From: Sedimentisphaerales bacterium
GTDB lineage: Bacteria > Planctomycetota > Phycisphaerae > Sedimentisphaerales > Anaerobacaceae
Reading direction: 5' to 3'
Length of the DNA stretch: 64,000 bases
Assembly (NCBI GenBank): GCA_963708075.1
Contig: OY970194.1
Span: 1,568,001-1,632,000 of the forward strand
The position numbers and the translations under genes are program-made. Below the pieces are notes generated by a model. The model ran no database searches, had not been told where the DNA came from, and saw only the letters and a list, made by a program, of their open reading frames with translations. This document shows, in pieces, positions 1 through 11,261 of the stretch (positions are counted from its first letter, which is position 1; each line of letters starts with the position of its first letter).

Positions 1-3000
1 CTCGGGCATCAGATTGCCGGCCAGATCGCGGGCATTGACCGCCACGACGACCTGCTCACCAGTGGATATTGTCGGCTGATAGAGGTACCTGTAGTCCGCC
101 TTGGTCCCGGTTCGCACGCAGGTGCCATAGGCTGTGTTCGATGCCTCTACATCACCGCTGTAGACGATATGGCCGTCCACCTCGATGCTTACGGAGGCTG
201 GATTGACGCCCTTGCCTGCATCGCGAACCCGCAGAAGCATCATCGTGTTGGCTGTCGTAGCGGGATCGGGCATGAGATCGCCATCGACAATCGCCGGCGG
301 GATCTGCTCCTGACCATCGGTTACGCTTTCTTCAGCCTTCGGCGTACGGGCACGCTCTGCAGCTCTGGAAGTACCCCTGATCTGCAGGATATTGCCCTTA
401 GCCTTTGGCGTCATGATAGCTTCAGGACTGTCATCGATAGTCGGCATCTCTACCAGCGTCTCGTCGGCTGCGATTGAGTAGGCTGCCGCCGTGCCGGAGG
501 TCGAGCTATAACTCGCATAGATGCTGTAGATGTAATTGGCCACAGTCGAAGTGCCGAACGTGGTGGGCATGCCGCCCGACCAGAGGGCAGATGAACTGGC
601 CCGGCCCGGAATCCCGCTGGCATAGCGAACTCCCGGATTGCTCTGGAAGATCCATGCCAGCCAGATCCTCTGACCAGCGGACACCGACACCGGGCTTTGC
701 AGATTGACCTTCTGCCAGCCGGTCGTGCTGCTAACGGTCGTGGAACTGGTCACGCCAAGGCGCGAGCCCGGCCTGCCGGAGCTATCCGCATAGACCCCCA
801 GGATCATCTGGCCGGAGCCGGCCTGATGGTAGATGCTCATGCTCTGCAGTTGTCCGGCCCCAGGTGCTGTGTACGGCATCGCCCGGCGGTTGGTATCCCT
901 GGTGATGCTTGAGAGCACTGTCGTGGTACCTACCGTCCCACTTGTGGTGGAGGTGCCGCTGCCGGCAGATGCTGTGGTGTAAGTCGCATAGATGCTGTAG
1001 ATGTAGTTGCCCAGGGTCGAGGTGCCGAACGCGGTGGGCATGCCGCCCGACCATCCGGCTGTCGAATCCGCCCGTCCGGGAGTCCCGGCCGTCGCGTGAA
1101 TTACCACGGCGTTCTGGAACACCCATGCCAACCAGACCTTCTGACCTGCGGACACCGACACCGGGCTCTGTAATGTGACAGTCTGCCAACCTGCCGCACT
1201 GGAAACCGTCGTGGAGTTGGTCGCCCCGAGACGCGCGCCCGGCTTGCCGGAGCTGTCCGCATACACCGCCAGGAGCATCTGACCGGACCCGGCCTCATGG
1301 TAGATGGTGATGCTTCTCAGTTGCCCGGCTTCGGGCATGGTGTACGGCACCGCTCGACGAATTTGCAGCGACGTACTGCCGCTGAACACGGTCGTGTTGC
1401 CCACCTTCTTCGTCGTCGTGCCTCCCGTGGAGGTCGCGAAACTGGCGGTCACGGACTTGTTGGCGTTCATCACGAGCGTCGCCGGATTGGCTGTGCCCGT
1501 CAGAGCCCCCGACCAACCGGTGAACGTGTAGCCGCTGTTCGGCGTCGCCTGCAAGGACACCGACGTGCCCGAGGTGTAACTGCTCTGATTGGGCGTTCTG
1601 GTCACTGTGCCATTGGTGGCGCTGACGGTGAGCATGTACGTCGTGCCTCCCGTCGAAGCGGCGAAGTTGGCGGTGACGGACTTGTTCGAGTTCATCACGA
1701 GCGTGGCGGGATTCGTTGTGCCCGTCAGATCGCCCGACCAGCCGGTGAATACGTAGCCGCTGTTCGGCGTCGCCTGCAGGGACACGGACGTGCCCGATGC
1801 GTAGCTGGTCTGATTGGGCGACTTGGTCACCGTCCCGTTTGTGGCGCTGATAGTCAGCGCGTATCCCGTTGCGGCGCCGGAGCCATACTCGTAGGCGCCG
1901 AGATCCGGGCCGCTGCCCTGAGGAACCGCCGCGCCGTCAAAGTCGCGCGTCAGACCTACACTCGTGCCCGCATTGATACAGGGCGAACTGTTCCCGAGAT
2001 GGAAGTCACGGCTGCCCACGTTCACAAAGTATGGATTGGAAATGACTTTGGCGGACGAGCCTGTCGTGTCCGTGGCCGCGCCCTGCTGGAAAGCGTTGTA
2101 CGCAACGGTCGTGCGGCTCAATGCCTGGCGGCCGCTGGTGTAGTCCCGGATGGCCCAGTTCGACGTGCTGTTCTGCCAGATCAGGTTGTTCTTGATGTAG
2201 TTGGCGCCGCTATAGTTGTCGGTGGCGCCGCTCTTCCAGCGAATCGCCTCCCAATTGTTGAAGAACGTGTTGTTGTAGATGCTGATGTTCTTCGTCTGGG
2301 CGGTCACACTGGACGACCAGAACGAAATGCCGCCCGAGTTGCCCCAGAACAGGTTATCATAGATCTTGATGGCGTCGTTGCTGTATGTGTTGGTTTCGAG
2401 ACCGAACTCGATACCTGCGTTATAGGTGCAGTCGTAGATTTTGTTGTAGCGAATCTGAATGTTCGTTGCACCTTCGATGTACTGGTTGATCAGGGCGTTG
2501 GCGTACAGGAGCGAGTTCTCGATGACGCCGTTGCGGGCCCCGCGTTTGAAGTTCACGCCTTCCATGTAGTTGGCGTAGACTTGGACGCCGCGGACGGTAA
2601 AGCCATCGATCCCTTCCATGGTCAGTCCTTCGTGGTAGGTGGCCACGCCGGGGGCGCCTTCCTTGAAACCGCCGTTGTTGTGGTGAACGGAGCAATTCTC
2701 GACGGTGATCTGCGTCGATGGAGTGCTGCCCGTCGATGCGACGATTCCACCGTCGAGGGAGTGGCCGACATCGGAGCCTCGTACCGTGATGTAGCGGCTG
2801 GTGGGCCGGATGTAGATGCCGTAGCTGGCGGACTGCGATACGTCGATGTCCTGAATTGTCACGTACTCACGACCGGCTATGTGGATGATGCCGAAGGTCC
2901 GTGTGGACGGCCGAATTGAGGCCTCGACGCCCTGACCGGAGTAGGCGCTGTCCGGATTGCTCGCGGAGTACACGTACAGGCGCCGGAGGACCAGTACCAA

Positions 3001-3461
3001 TCACGCGCTGTCACCAGACTGCTCGTGCCGCTTTTCTTGGTGCCGCGAACCCCGTTGAAGAAGACTTGATTGGGCGCGGCGCCCAGGGAAGCACTCCATC
3101 GGTTGCTGCCTGCGCTACCCCAATTGGTCACGAGGGCCGAGCCCTTGAGCATGGGCTTATTGCCTGTGCCGTAGGTGCCGAAAACGATCGGGCTGCCGGA
3201 CACGCCGCTCCTGGGCACGGTCAACTGTTCGCGCCAGGTCCGGCCCCGCTGGAGCAGGATGCGGTCGCCGGCGGCAAAGCCAGTGTAGGAATTGACCTTC
3301 GCCAGCGTTCGCCAGGGGGTAGTCGTGCTTCGACCGCTGTTGGCGTCATTGCCGGCTGAGGCATCGACGTAATAATCGGTGGCGAAGCATGCCGCCTGGG
3401 GCAATAGAACACACAAGACTGTTGAAACGAGATACTTGGTTTTTCCTTCGATCATTACCAT
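1..3461 (-). CDS. Large secreted protein: right-handed beta-helix domain, 2 InlB B-repeat-like domains and 2 tandem ~130-aa beta-rich domains; frameshift near 2980; runs off the window edge
   Basis: Signal peptide then TDYYVDASAGNDANSG..PWRTL. After a 1-nt shift the frame continues LYVYSASNP..NNTFFNN..DFHLGNSSPCINAG..PDLGAYEY, then two LTxSATNGTVT..ATPNSGYxFTGWSG repeats, and stays open to base 1. Confidence 0.8.
484..1400 (-). repeat. Intragenic tandem duplication of a ~130-aa domain (about 484-930 and 975-1400)
   Basis: Shared DNA such as tcgcatagatgctgtagatgta, gtgggcatgccgcccgacc and gcggacaccgacaccgggct in both copies; protein RRAxPYT..IYHxAGSGQMxLxVYADSSG..WLAWxFQ..GGMPTxFG occurs twice. 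Confidence 0.85.
1430..1865 (-). repeat. Two InlB B-repeat-like (Flg_new-like) units
   Basis: gtagccgctgttcggcgtcgcctgca occurs twice; YxFTGWSG..NPATLVMNxNKSVTA motif occurs twice. Confidence 0.8.
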
Positions 3462-3838
3462 ACACTCACTAAACAAATTACAGAATGTGTTTAGACGATC
3501 TCCGGGACCGCCACGTACCACACTTGGCGTACTTGCCGACTTAACTGCTTGCGCTAGCGCAGAATGCTGCTGCTACGGAGGAGTCATTTGCGAACAAATG
3601 CGATAATGAGGGCTATTTTCAGGGCCAACCATCACGTACTCTGTCATCGTCACTCAGAATGAGCCAACCAATGATCCGGTGCCGGCTGCCGCGACAGCAG
3701 GGGCCGCGCAGTTCCGTTCGCCGACAAATCAGAGTCAAATCTCAGCTCGTATTTCGTTGCTAGATTCTGTTTACCTGTTAGTCCTTCAAACTTCTTCTGA
3801 CCTTTTCTGCCACCCCATTTGACTTGTGACGGGCTGTA

Positions 3839-3867
3839 ACTCTATGATTATCGGCCGCAAGTGTCAA
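3839..3867 (-). promoter_or_regulatory. Putative sigma70 promoter for the beta-helix gene
   Basis: TTGACA-17 nt-TAGAGT on the minus strand, in an AT-rich intergenic stretch. Confidence 0.5.
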
Positions 3868-4056
3868 TGCGAATTAATAATTTTTTTCGGACCAAGAAGA
3901 AAAACGATCTCTGCGCAACCGGCCAACGAGAGGCGCAGGCGCGACACGACCGCCGGACAGGCAAATGAGAATCACGCCGTCCTGGTTCCATCACGACGTG
4001 ATATTACTGAGGAGGACGCCTCTGAGCATCCCAAGGCGTCTCGGAGGACGTGGGAC

Positions 4057-4851
4057 TCAGTAGTCCCTGAACTGATTCATCCAGTCCGGCCAGACGGGCA
4101 GTCCCCGCTTGTTCAGCTCTTCAGTCCATTGCCGGTGCCACCGGAGCTGCCACAATTCCTTGAGCCCGACTTTCCGGACCGCGAAATCAAGGAATAGGCA
4201 ATTCACGAAGCCTTTGTGCCGATTCATACAGAACCGGCGCATATTGTTGCCCTCGCTGAGATTCCATTCGCCGTCGAACGTCGGCGGCTCGTCCCAGGCC
4301 TCGGGCCAGCCATCCAGGCGGTTCGCCCCCAGGAACAGCGGGACATACGCGGCGCCGGCGACGTTCTTGTTCTTCCAGTGCTTCTCCGCCCCCTGCCGCT
4401 CGTTGGTCTCGACCCAGCCGTTGATGCCATAGCTGCCGTGGTCCACCCAGGGGCCGCTGTTGAAGGACCACGCGGTGTTATTGGCGGATCCTCCGACCTC
4501 ATCCGCACGTTTCGTGGCGGACGGGCAGTAGAACAGGTCTGTATCGTTGACATCGCTGAAGTACGGGCGCAAGGCCACCGTCCAGTGATGCCCTTTGTCC
4601 AAGCCCCTCTCGAACTGGCCGTTGTGCTCGTCCGTGTACATCGAGAAGATGAGCCCCCACTGCTTGAGATTGGACATGCATGCGACGGCCCGGGCCTGCT
4701 CCCGCACGCGCTGCAACGCCGGCATCAGGATCGACATGAGCAGCGCGATGATCGCGATCACCACGAGCAACTCGATGAGCGTGAACGCGGTACGATCAGT
4801 TGTTGACGATCCAGTATTCGGTGCCGGTCTTGGTAGGCGATTCATCTCCAT
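4057..4851 (-). CDS. Prepilin-type N-terminal cleavage/methylation protein (DUF1559-like, planctomycete type)
   Basis: [36 protein letters not shown], and a C-terminal [13 protein letters not shown] motif. Confidence 0.9.
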   Translation of the reverse strand: MEMNRLPRPAPNTGSSTTDRTAFTLIELLVVIAIIALLMSILMPALQRVREQARAVACMSNLKQWGLIFSMYTDEHNGQFERGLDKGHHWTVALRPYFSDVNDTDLFYCPSATKRADEVGGSANNTAWSFNSGPWVDHGSYGINGWVETNERQGAEKHWKNKNVAGAAYVPLFLGANRLDGWPEAWDEPPTFDGEWNLSEGNNMRRFCMNRHKGFVNCLFLDFAVRKVGLKELWQLRWHRQWTEELNKRGLPVWPDWMNQFRDY

Positions 4852-4940
4852 ACTCTCGGTTCATCGACTCCGTAGAGGTAGTGTGCATCTATTGAACTGT
4901 GTACGCGGCGCTCAACGGTCGGTGCGACATTCCAATCCGG

Positions 4941-7900
4941 CTACTGCGGCCAAAACTGCATGCTGAGCCACTGATCGGCCAACTCGGCAAAATCCCGCAG
5001 GTTCACGGACCGCGAGTTCACCGGCTCTTTCTCGTACAACTCGGCCGACGATCCGACCGGCACGTACAGCTTGCCGTCGCCTGGGGTGGTGTCCGCCAGG
5101 AGCCGGACTTCTGCCTCGGTAAGAGCCCGGTTGTAGATCCGCACGTCGTCAATGGAGCCGTTCCACAAGCGAGACGCTTTCTCTGAGTTGCCACTGATGT
5201 AAACAGGTGCGGTGTTTTTGGAGATGGCGCCGGTTGTCGCCATGGAGCCATTCAGCACACCATCGACATAGAGGCGTGCGGTCGCGCCGTCGTACGTCCC
5301 CGCCAGGTGATGCCACTGGCCGTCGTTCACAGTCGCCTGGCTAACGACTTCCAGCGACGGCGTCGGTCCATTGCACCGCCACTGGACATCATCGCCGGTA
5401 CCATCCCTGGCGATGCGCCAGGAGCTGTCGCCCTTGGTCACGATGGCCTGGTAGTTCTTGTCAAACAGATCCACGCGTATCCACGCCGCCACGGTGATCT
5501 TGTCCGCGATGGTGTCGAACTTCACATTGTTGGTGCAATCGACATAGTCATCGATGCCGTCGAACGTCATAGCCTGGCCGACGGCCCCTGCCTCATAGAC
5601 AGGCTTGCCCTGGGCGGTTCCGTTCAGGTTGTTGCCGGATGTATCGGATACGTTTCCATCGAGAGTATAGCAAGCCAGCAGGCCCGTTGTGGCGGAAGCC
5701 GCAGGTGCCGTGGGGAGCGAGGCATCGCCGACAAGCCAGTCGCTCGCCATGATCTGGACATCGAGATAATCGACCTTGCAGTCTCCGTTCAGGTCGCCGT
5801 CCGGCTGGCGCAGCGACGCGACACAACGGCTCGGATATAGCCGGATATCGTCGATGTACAGGAGGCCCGACCCGCCGTTCTCCACGCCGATCGTCAGCTT
5901 GCCGACACTCTTCATGTTCCCGCCGACGGAGGTCAGATCGATGTTCCACTGCACCCAACGAAGCGAGCTGATGTCGGCCGCCGCCCCATCATAGACGATC
6001 TTCGTGGCGTTGATCTTCACATAGAGCTGCCCGGGCGTGTTCTCTGCGGCGCCGCGGAAGTGCAGTGTCAGAGCTTTGATTCCGGCCTCGGTCCAATCCT
6101 GGGGAACAACGAAAGTGCGCTCGGCCTCGGAACGAGTCGCCCCGGAGGTGTTGTCATAGGCCAGAGGCATGGATTGCGCGCCGCCATGGACAATGACGGT
6201 TTCCATGATCGTGCCCGCCAGCGGATCGTACCCAACCAGCGCGCCCGAGCCGTTGCCTGGGTTTCCATTCGGGAAGAACGTATCGGCCGAGAAGCCGGCG
6301 CCATCAACCCACGTCTGGAACACCCTGTTCGGCGACTCGTTCGTGTAGCCTTCGAAATCATCTACGAGGAGGAACTCGGGTGTCGAGAAACTCCAGATCC
6401 GGCCCGTCCATTCGGCGGGTGTTTCCGCCGCGTTGACCTCATCGACCCGCCAGTAATACGTGCTGGCCAACTGCAGGGTCCCCGCGTCAAAGGAGGGTGT
6501 CGTCACAGTCGCCGTGGGAGCAGTCCCGTCGAGCACGGCCCCCTCATCGAGACTCAGATAGACATCGTGTTTGGCCGCCTCCCGCCCGGGACGCCACTTC
6601 AGGACTACTTCCGGACCCGCGTCCGAAGCGCCGGAAGCCGGCTGCGGTTCTCTTGCAGCCATGGGAACCTGGTAGAAGCGGACCTCGCTCAGGCCATACT
6701 GGTTCCCGCCGCCCCAACTGCTCCTGGCGATAATCCGCACGTACTTTGCGGGCACGCCGCCGAATGCAATGGTTGTGCTGTAAGTGTACCCGGCGGCGCC
6801 CGGCGCCTGGGCGAACTGCGTGCCGTCCGCCTGTGCCGTCCATGTCTGACCGTCGGTGGAGTACTCGACCACCACATCCTTCATGCCAAATCCAACGAGG
6901 CTCTCAATCGCCTGGTTGCAGTTCCAGACCCGCATCTCGTGCAGGCTATAGATTCTGTTGAATTCATACTGAATCCACGCCGGTTGCGGGCTCGTCGGGC
7001 CCACTATCCACATGTCCTTCAATTCGGTGGAGTGCCCGTCGTTCTGATCGAGTCCCGAGCCATCGATGGTTTTGCCGGGCGTCGTATCGCTGTTGATCGA
7101 GCCTGAGGCCGTGGCGAGAATTGTCGAGCCGGGGATCGGATAGGCAAATGGCTCCGTCGTGAAACGCCACACCGGGCCGGCGCTCCAGCCGGCGGCGCCG
7201 GCTTCGTCAACCCGCCAGTAATAGGTTGTGTCGTACTCGAGCGAGAACGGAAGGCTCTTCACGTCGAACTCGGGCAGGCTCACGGTGCCACGATCCGCGC
7301 CGGCCACACCATTCTTCACGTCGTCCATGGTCTTGCTGAAGTACACCTTGTGCCCGTTGATTGCCGGCGCCGTGTCGGCGGGCTTCCAACGAAGCACGGC
7401 AGCGAGGGGCACATCAACGGCCCCGTTGTCCGGCTGCGGCTCCGATGCCCGCCCCGGCGTCACCGCCACCTCGATCACAAAGCCGTTGAGGTAGGCTTCG
7501 TTGTTGTTGCCGTCGTTGTTGTCAACGAAAGTGATGGTCACACTGTTCGTCCCATCGGAGCGGAATGTGAAAGAGCTGTTGCAGACAAAGGCGGGCTTGG
7601 GACCCCATGACTGCTGTAGATGGTCCGCCGCAAGTCTCGTGCCATCGGCATCTTTCACCGTGATATTGAGCGTACCATCATCATTCTTGACGTCCTCCTT
7701 CGGGTCGTGATGCCAGCCCTTGAACACATAGACGCCGGGGGCCAGCCCTTTGATCACCATGTCGAACGCATTGCTTGACTTGAAGGCATCCTCCAGCAGG
7801 TCATGCAGCGGGATGGCGTCGTTCACCTGGGCCCGGTTGCGGCTGTCGATCTTGACGAAATCAATGGTGAAATCATCATCGAACTCCGCCTGCTTGAGGA

Positions 7901-8069
7901 ATTGCTTGGACACGTTGGCGCCGCCCAGCCGGGTGCCGCCGGTGTTCCAGTCGATCCAGCCCGCTTCAACGTCCCCATTTTGGGACAAATCCACTTGGAA
8001 TGGCCCCGCAGAAGCGACAGACACGGCCAGCAATACAAGGGAGAAGATGGTCAGCAGTTTATTCGACAT
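4941..8069 (-). CDS. Secreted multidomain protein with discoidin (F5/8 type C-like), LamG-like jellyroll and dockerin-like elements
   Basis: Signal peptide MSNKLLTIF; two YYWRVDE Ig-like modules; YGLSEVRF; GDLNGDCKVD; WHHLAGTYDG..GSIDDVRIYNRAL; RBS ggagga. Confidence 0.85.
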   Translation of the reverse strand: MSNKLLTIFSLVLLAVSVASAGPFQVDLSQNGDVEAGWIDWNTGGTRLGGANVSKQFLKQAEFDDDFTIDFVKIDSRNRAQVNDAIPLHDLLEDAFKSSNAFDMVIKGLAPGVYVFKGWHHDPKEDVKNDDGTLNITVKDADGTRLAADHLQQSWGPKPAFVCNSSFTFRSDGTNSVTITFVDNNDGNNNEAYLNGFVIEVAVTPGRASEPQPDNGAVDVPLAAVLRWKPADTAPAINGHKVYFSKTMDDVKNGVAGADRGTVSLPEFDVKSLPFSLEYDTTYYWRVDEAGAAGWSAGPVWRFTTEPFAYPIPGSTILATASGSINSDTTPGKTIDGSGLDQNDGHSTELKDMWIVGPTSPQPAWIQYEFNRIYSLHEMRVWNCNQAIESLVGFGMKDVVVEYSTDGQTWTAQADGTQFAQAPGAAGYTYSTTIAFGGVPAKYVRIIARSSWGGGNQYGLSEVRFYQVPMAAREPQPASGASDAGPEVVLKWRPGREAAKHDVYLSLDEGAVLDGTAPTATVTTPSFDAGTLQLASTYYWRVDEVNAAETPAEWTGRIWSFSTPEFLLVDDFEGYTNESPNRVFQTWVDGAGFSADTFFPNGNPGNGSGALVGYDPLAGTIMETVIVHGGAQSMPLAYDNTSGATRSEAERTFVVPQDWTEAGIKALTLHFRGAAENTPGQLYVKINATKIVYDGAAADISSLRWVQWNIDLTSVGGNMKSVGKLTIGVENGGSGLLYIDDIRLYPSRCVASLRQPDGDLNGDCKVDYLDVQIMASDWLVGDASLPTAPAASATTGLLACYTLDGNVSDTSGNNLNGTAQGKPVYEAGAVGQAMTFDGIDDYVDCTNNVKFDTIADKITVAAWIRVDLFDKNYQAIVTKGDSSWRIARDGTGDDVQWRCNGPTPSLEVVSQATVNDGQWHHLAGTYDGATARLYVDGVLNGSMATTGAISKNTAPVYISGNSEKASRLWNGSIDDVRIYNRALTEAEVRLLADTTPGDGKLYVPVGSSAELYEKEPVNSRSVNLRDFAELADQWLSMQFWPQ

Positions 8070-8337
8070 GATGCTCCTCCTTCCACTCGAAAGACCCCAA
8101 CTGTTCAAACAAGACGATCGCTCCGTGAATCGGCTGGACCGAAGATGATACAGGATCGGCGGCGATTTCCGGCACAACCGTGCTACCCACCTCGGCCTTC
8201 AACCAGGTCTCCATTGAAGGCCGGACACCAATACTTCACATAATATCACAATCGTGGCCGCCCCGCAACAGAAAGTTGACCCCGCGATGGCGGCACAGTA
8301 CCATACGGACTTTCGAAGTGGCTATGGAGTGCAATCG

Positions 8338-9414
8338 ATGACGAATGTGACGTTGATTACCGGAGACGGCATCGGGCCGGAAATCGCTCAGGCAGCCCGG
8401 CGGTGTATCGATGCTACGGGCGTGAAGATCCAGTGGGAAATCGCCGAGGCGGGCGAGGACGTGATGGCGCGGCTGGGCACCCCCCTGCCGGATGCCACCG
8501 TCGAGTCGATCAAGAAGAATGGCGTGGCTCTCAAGGCCCCGATTACCACGCCCGTCGGAACGGGCTTTCGCAGCATCAACGTGTACCTGCGGCAGAGCCT
8601 GGACCTGTACGCGTGCCTGCGGCCGTGCAAGAGCTATAAAGGCGTCCGCAGCAGGTACGAGGATATCGACCTGGTAATCGTGCGGGAGAACACGGAAGAC
8701 CTGTACGCCGGCATCGAGTTCCAGAAGAGCCAGGCCGATGCGCTGGAGCTGATCGACTGGCTGAACAAGCACAGCAAGCGCAAGATCTCGCCGGACTCCG
8801 GCATCAGCATCAAGCCGATCTCTGTCGCTGCCACCGACCGCATCGTGCGCTTTGCGTTCGACTACGCTCGCAAGAACGGCCGGCGGAAAGTCACCAGCGT
8901 GCACAAGGCGAACATCATGAAGTTCTCCGACGGGCTCTGGCTGGAAGTGAGCCGGCAGGTGGCCAAGGACTACCCCGACATCGAGTTCGAGGACCGCATC
9001 GTGGACAATATGTGCATGCAACTCGTGCAGAAGCCCGAGTTGTACGACGTGCTTGTCCTGCCGAACCTGTACGGCGATATCCTGAGTGACCTTTGTGCGG
9101 GACTTGTCGGCGGGCTGGGCGTCGCCCCAGGCGCGAACATCGGTCTCAAGGGTGCGATCTTCGAGGCCACGCACGGCAGCGCCCCGAAATACAAGGGGCA
9201 GAATAAGGTGAACCCGACGGCGCTGATCCTCAGCGGCGTGCTGATGCTGCGGCACCTCGGCAGGACCGCCGAGGCGGACAGGCTGGAGAATGCGGTCGCC
9301 CAGGTGATCGCAGAGGGCAAACGCGTCACGTATGACCTGAAGCCGGACCGCGATGACCCGACCGCCGTCGGAACCAGCGAGATGGCCGACGCCATCATCG
9401 AGAGAGTCAAGTAA
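8338..9414 (+). CDS. icd: Isocitrate/isopropylmalate dehydrogenase family, probable NAD-dependent isocitrate dehydrogenase
   Basis: [55 protein letters not shown]. Confidence 0.85.
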   Translation: MTNVTLITGDGIGPEIAQAARRCIDATGVKIQWEIAEAGEDVMARLGTPLPDATVESIKKNGVALKAPITTPVGTGFRSINVYLRQSLDLYACLRPCKSYKGVRSRYEDIDLVIVRENTEDLYAGIEFQKSQADALELIDWLNKHSKRKISPDSGISIKPISVAATDRIVRFAFDYARKNGRRKVTSVHKANIMKFSDGLWLEVSRQVAKDYPDIEFEDRIVDNMCMQLVQKPELYDVLVLPNLYGDILSDLCAGLVGGLGVAPGANIGLKGAIFEATHGSAPKYKGQNKVNPTALILSGVLMLRHLGRTAEADRLENAVAQVIAEGKRVTYDLKPDRDDPTAVGTSEMADAIIERVK

Positions 9415-9525
9415 CATCAAAGATCAAAATGCAAAAGTCAAAGGTGTGGACTCGCCTTCGGCGATGATCTTTTTTGATCTTTGATATGTGGTTTTGACTT
9501 TTGGTCCTCGATATTTGATCTTTTG
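9415..9525. repeat. Degenerate heptamer (TCAAAAN/NTTTTGA) inverted array, REP or terminator-like
   Basis: catcaaagatcaaaatgcaaaagtcaaa mirrored by tttgatctttgatat..ttttgacttttg..tttgatcttttg around a cgcc-ttcg-gcg hairpin. Confidence 0.6.
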
Positions 9526-9538
9526 CCGGGAGGCGGCT

Positions 9539-10093
9539 ATGGCCAAGAGAGTGTTGGTTCCAATTGCAGATGGGACAGAAGAGATCGAGGCGGCGTGCAT
9601 TATCGACACGCTACGTCGGGCCGGCGCGGAGGTCACGGTCGCATCGGTCGACGGACTTCAAATCACCGCCAGCCGGGGCATGAAGATCGTGGCCGACGCA
9701 AGGATCTCCGACTGCGTGAATCAGACCTACGACTGCATCGCTTTGCCGGGCGGCATGCCGGGGGCCGAGCACCTCAGAGATTCCACACCGTTGATAGAGT
9801 TGCTCAAGAAGCAGAAGCAGGCAGGCCGCTTGTACGGAGCGATCTGTGCGTCGCCGGCAGTCGTGCTGCAGCCGCACGGACTGCTGCCAAAGACGCGAGC
9901 AACCTGCTTCCCCGCCATGCGAGGCAAACTGGACCCAGCCTATGCCTCCGATGAGGCTGTGGTCGTCGACGGCCATTGTGTGACGAGTCAGGGCCCGGGT
10001 ACGGCCATCGCCTTTGCACTGAAGCTGGTCGAACTGCTTTTCGGAGCCGGAAAGGCCCGGGAGGTCGCCGATGCCATGCTTGTGCAATCATGA
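9539..10093 (+). CDS. DJ-1/PfpI family (YajL/ThiJ-like) glyoxalase/deglycase
   Basis: GTEEIEA..DTLRRAG, LPGGMPGA, AICASPA, TSQGPGTA. Confidence 0.9.
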   Translation: MAKRVLVPIADGTEEIEAACIIDTLRRAGAEVTVASVDGLQITASRGMKIVADARISDCVNQTYDCIALPGGMPGAEHLRDSTPLIELLKKQKQAGRLYGAICASPAVVLQPHGLLPKTRATCFPAMRGKLDPAYASDEAVVVDGHCVTSQGPGTAIAFALKLVELLFGAGKAREVADAMLVQS

Positions 10094-10149
10094 TTTATGA
10101 TTTGCGATTTACGAATCGACGATCATAGAGCCAAGGTGGGAATCACCAG

Positions 10150-11235
10150 TTGAATCAAGAGACGTACCGCAATCTCGTGTCGGGGCACACATCGGGCCTG
10201 CGTGCTCTCGTTCTGCGCGTGCTGTTCATCCTCCTTTCCTGGCCGTATTTGCTGGTCGTTCGGTTGCGCAACGGCCTGTATTCAGCGGGCCTGCTCCGGG
10301 CGCACAAAGTCGCTACGCCGGTGATCAGCGTCGGTAACCTGACCGTCGGCGGCACGGGCAAGACGCCGCTCGTCGTGTGGCTGTGCCGAGCCATGCGGCA
10401 GCGACAACGGTGCTGTGCTATCCTGACTCGCGGGTACAAGACGCAAAAGGGAGAGTTGTCCGATGAGCCTGCCATGCTCGCCGCCCGATGCCCGGACGTG
10501 ACCGTTATCGTCAATCCGGACCGTGTCGCCGGGGCAAAGCAAGCCATCGGCGAGCACAGTGCCCAGGTGCTGCTCCTCGACGACGGCTTCCAGCATCGAC
10601 GGCTTGCCCGCGACATCGACATTGTGACGATCGATGCGACGGCGCCTTTCGGCTATGGTCGATTGTTGCCGGCAGGGTTGCTGCGAGAACCCATCGCCGG
10701 GCTGCAAAGAGCCAATGCTGTGGTGATCACCCGCTGCGATCAGGTCTCCGAGGAGAGCCTGGCGCAGATTGAAGGGCAGGTGCGCCGGATCAACCCGAAC
10801 GTGGTCATCGCAAGGGCTGTGCATGCCCCCGTCAACGCCGCCACCTGCGGAGGTGCGGAGATCGGCCTGGAAGAGCTTCGGGGCAAGCGGGTATACGCCT
10901 TCTGCGGCCTGGGCAACCCCGAGGCATTCTTTGATACGATCCGCCACATAGGCTGTGTGCTGGCCGGATGCTGGAGCTTCGACGACCATCACGCGTACAC
11001 GCGCGAATGCCTCAGCGAAATCCGCCGGCAGGCCGGCGAGCACAACGTCGATTACATCGTAACCACGCAAAAGGACTGGACCAAAATCGCCCGGCTGGCG
11101 CCGCGGGAGAATGACCCGCCGATGGCTTACCTGGCCGTTGAGATGGAGTTCATGACCGGCTCTGAGCAGTTGACCGCCTTGATTGATCGCGTTCTCGACG
11201 GTAGAATACCGCAGTTGCACAGGTCCGGGAAGTAG
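10150..11235 (+). CDS. lpxK: Tetraacyldisaccharide 4'-kinase
   Basis: VISVGNLTVGGTGKTP, RGYK, DEP, LDDGFQH, LLPAGLLRE, FDDHH, TTQKD. Confidence 0.95.
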   Translation: MNQETYRNLVSGHTSGLRALVLRVLFILLSWPYLLVVRLRNGLYSAGLLRAHKVATPVISVGNLTVGGTGKTPLVVWLCRAMRQRQRCCAILTRGYKTQKGELSDEPAMLAARCPDVTVIVNPDRVAGAKQAIGEHSAQVLLLDDGFQHRRLARDIDIVTIDATAPFGYGRLLPAGLLREPIAGLQRANAVVITRCDQVSEESLAQIEGQVRRINPNVVIARAVHAPVNAATCGGAEIGLEELRGKRVYAFCGLGNPEAFFDTIRHIGCVLAGCWSFDDHHAYTRECLSEIRRQAGEHNVDYIVTTQKDWTKIARLAPRENDPPMAYLAVEMEFMTGSEQLTALIDRVLDGRIPQLHRSGK

Positions 11236-11261
11236 GAAGCATTGCGATCCGGTTGTCGTGT

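Noticed and set aside
1297..2919. 540-aa plus-strand ORF
   Set aside because: Antisense shadow of the minus-strand beta-helix gene, which the ORF track missed because of the frameshift and the window edge.
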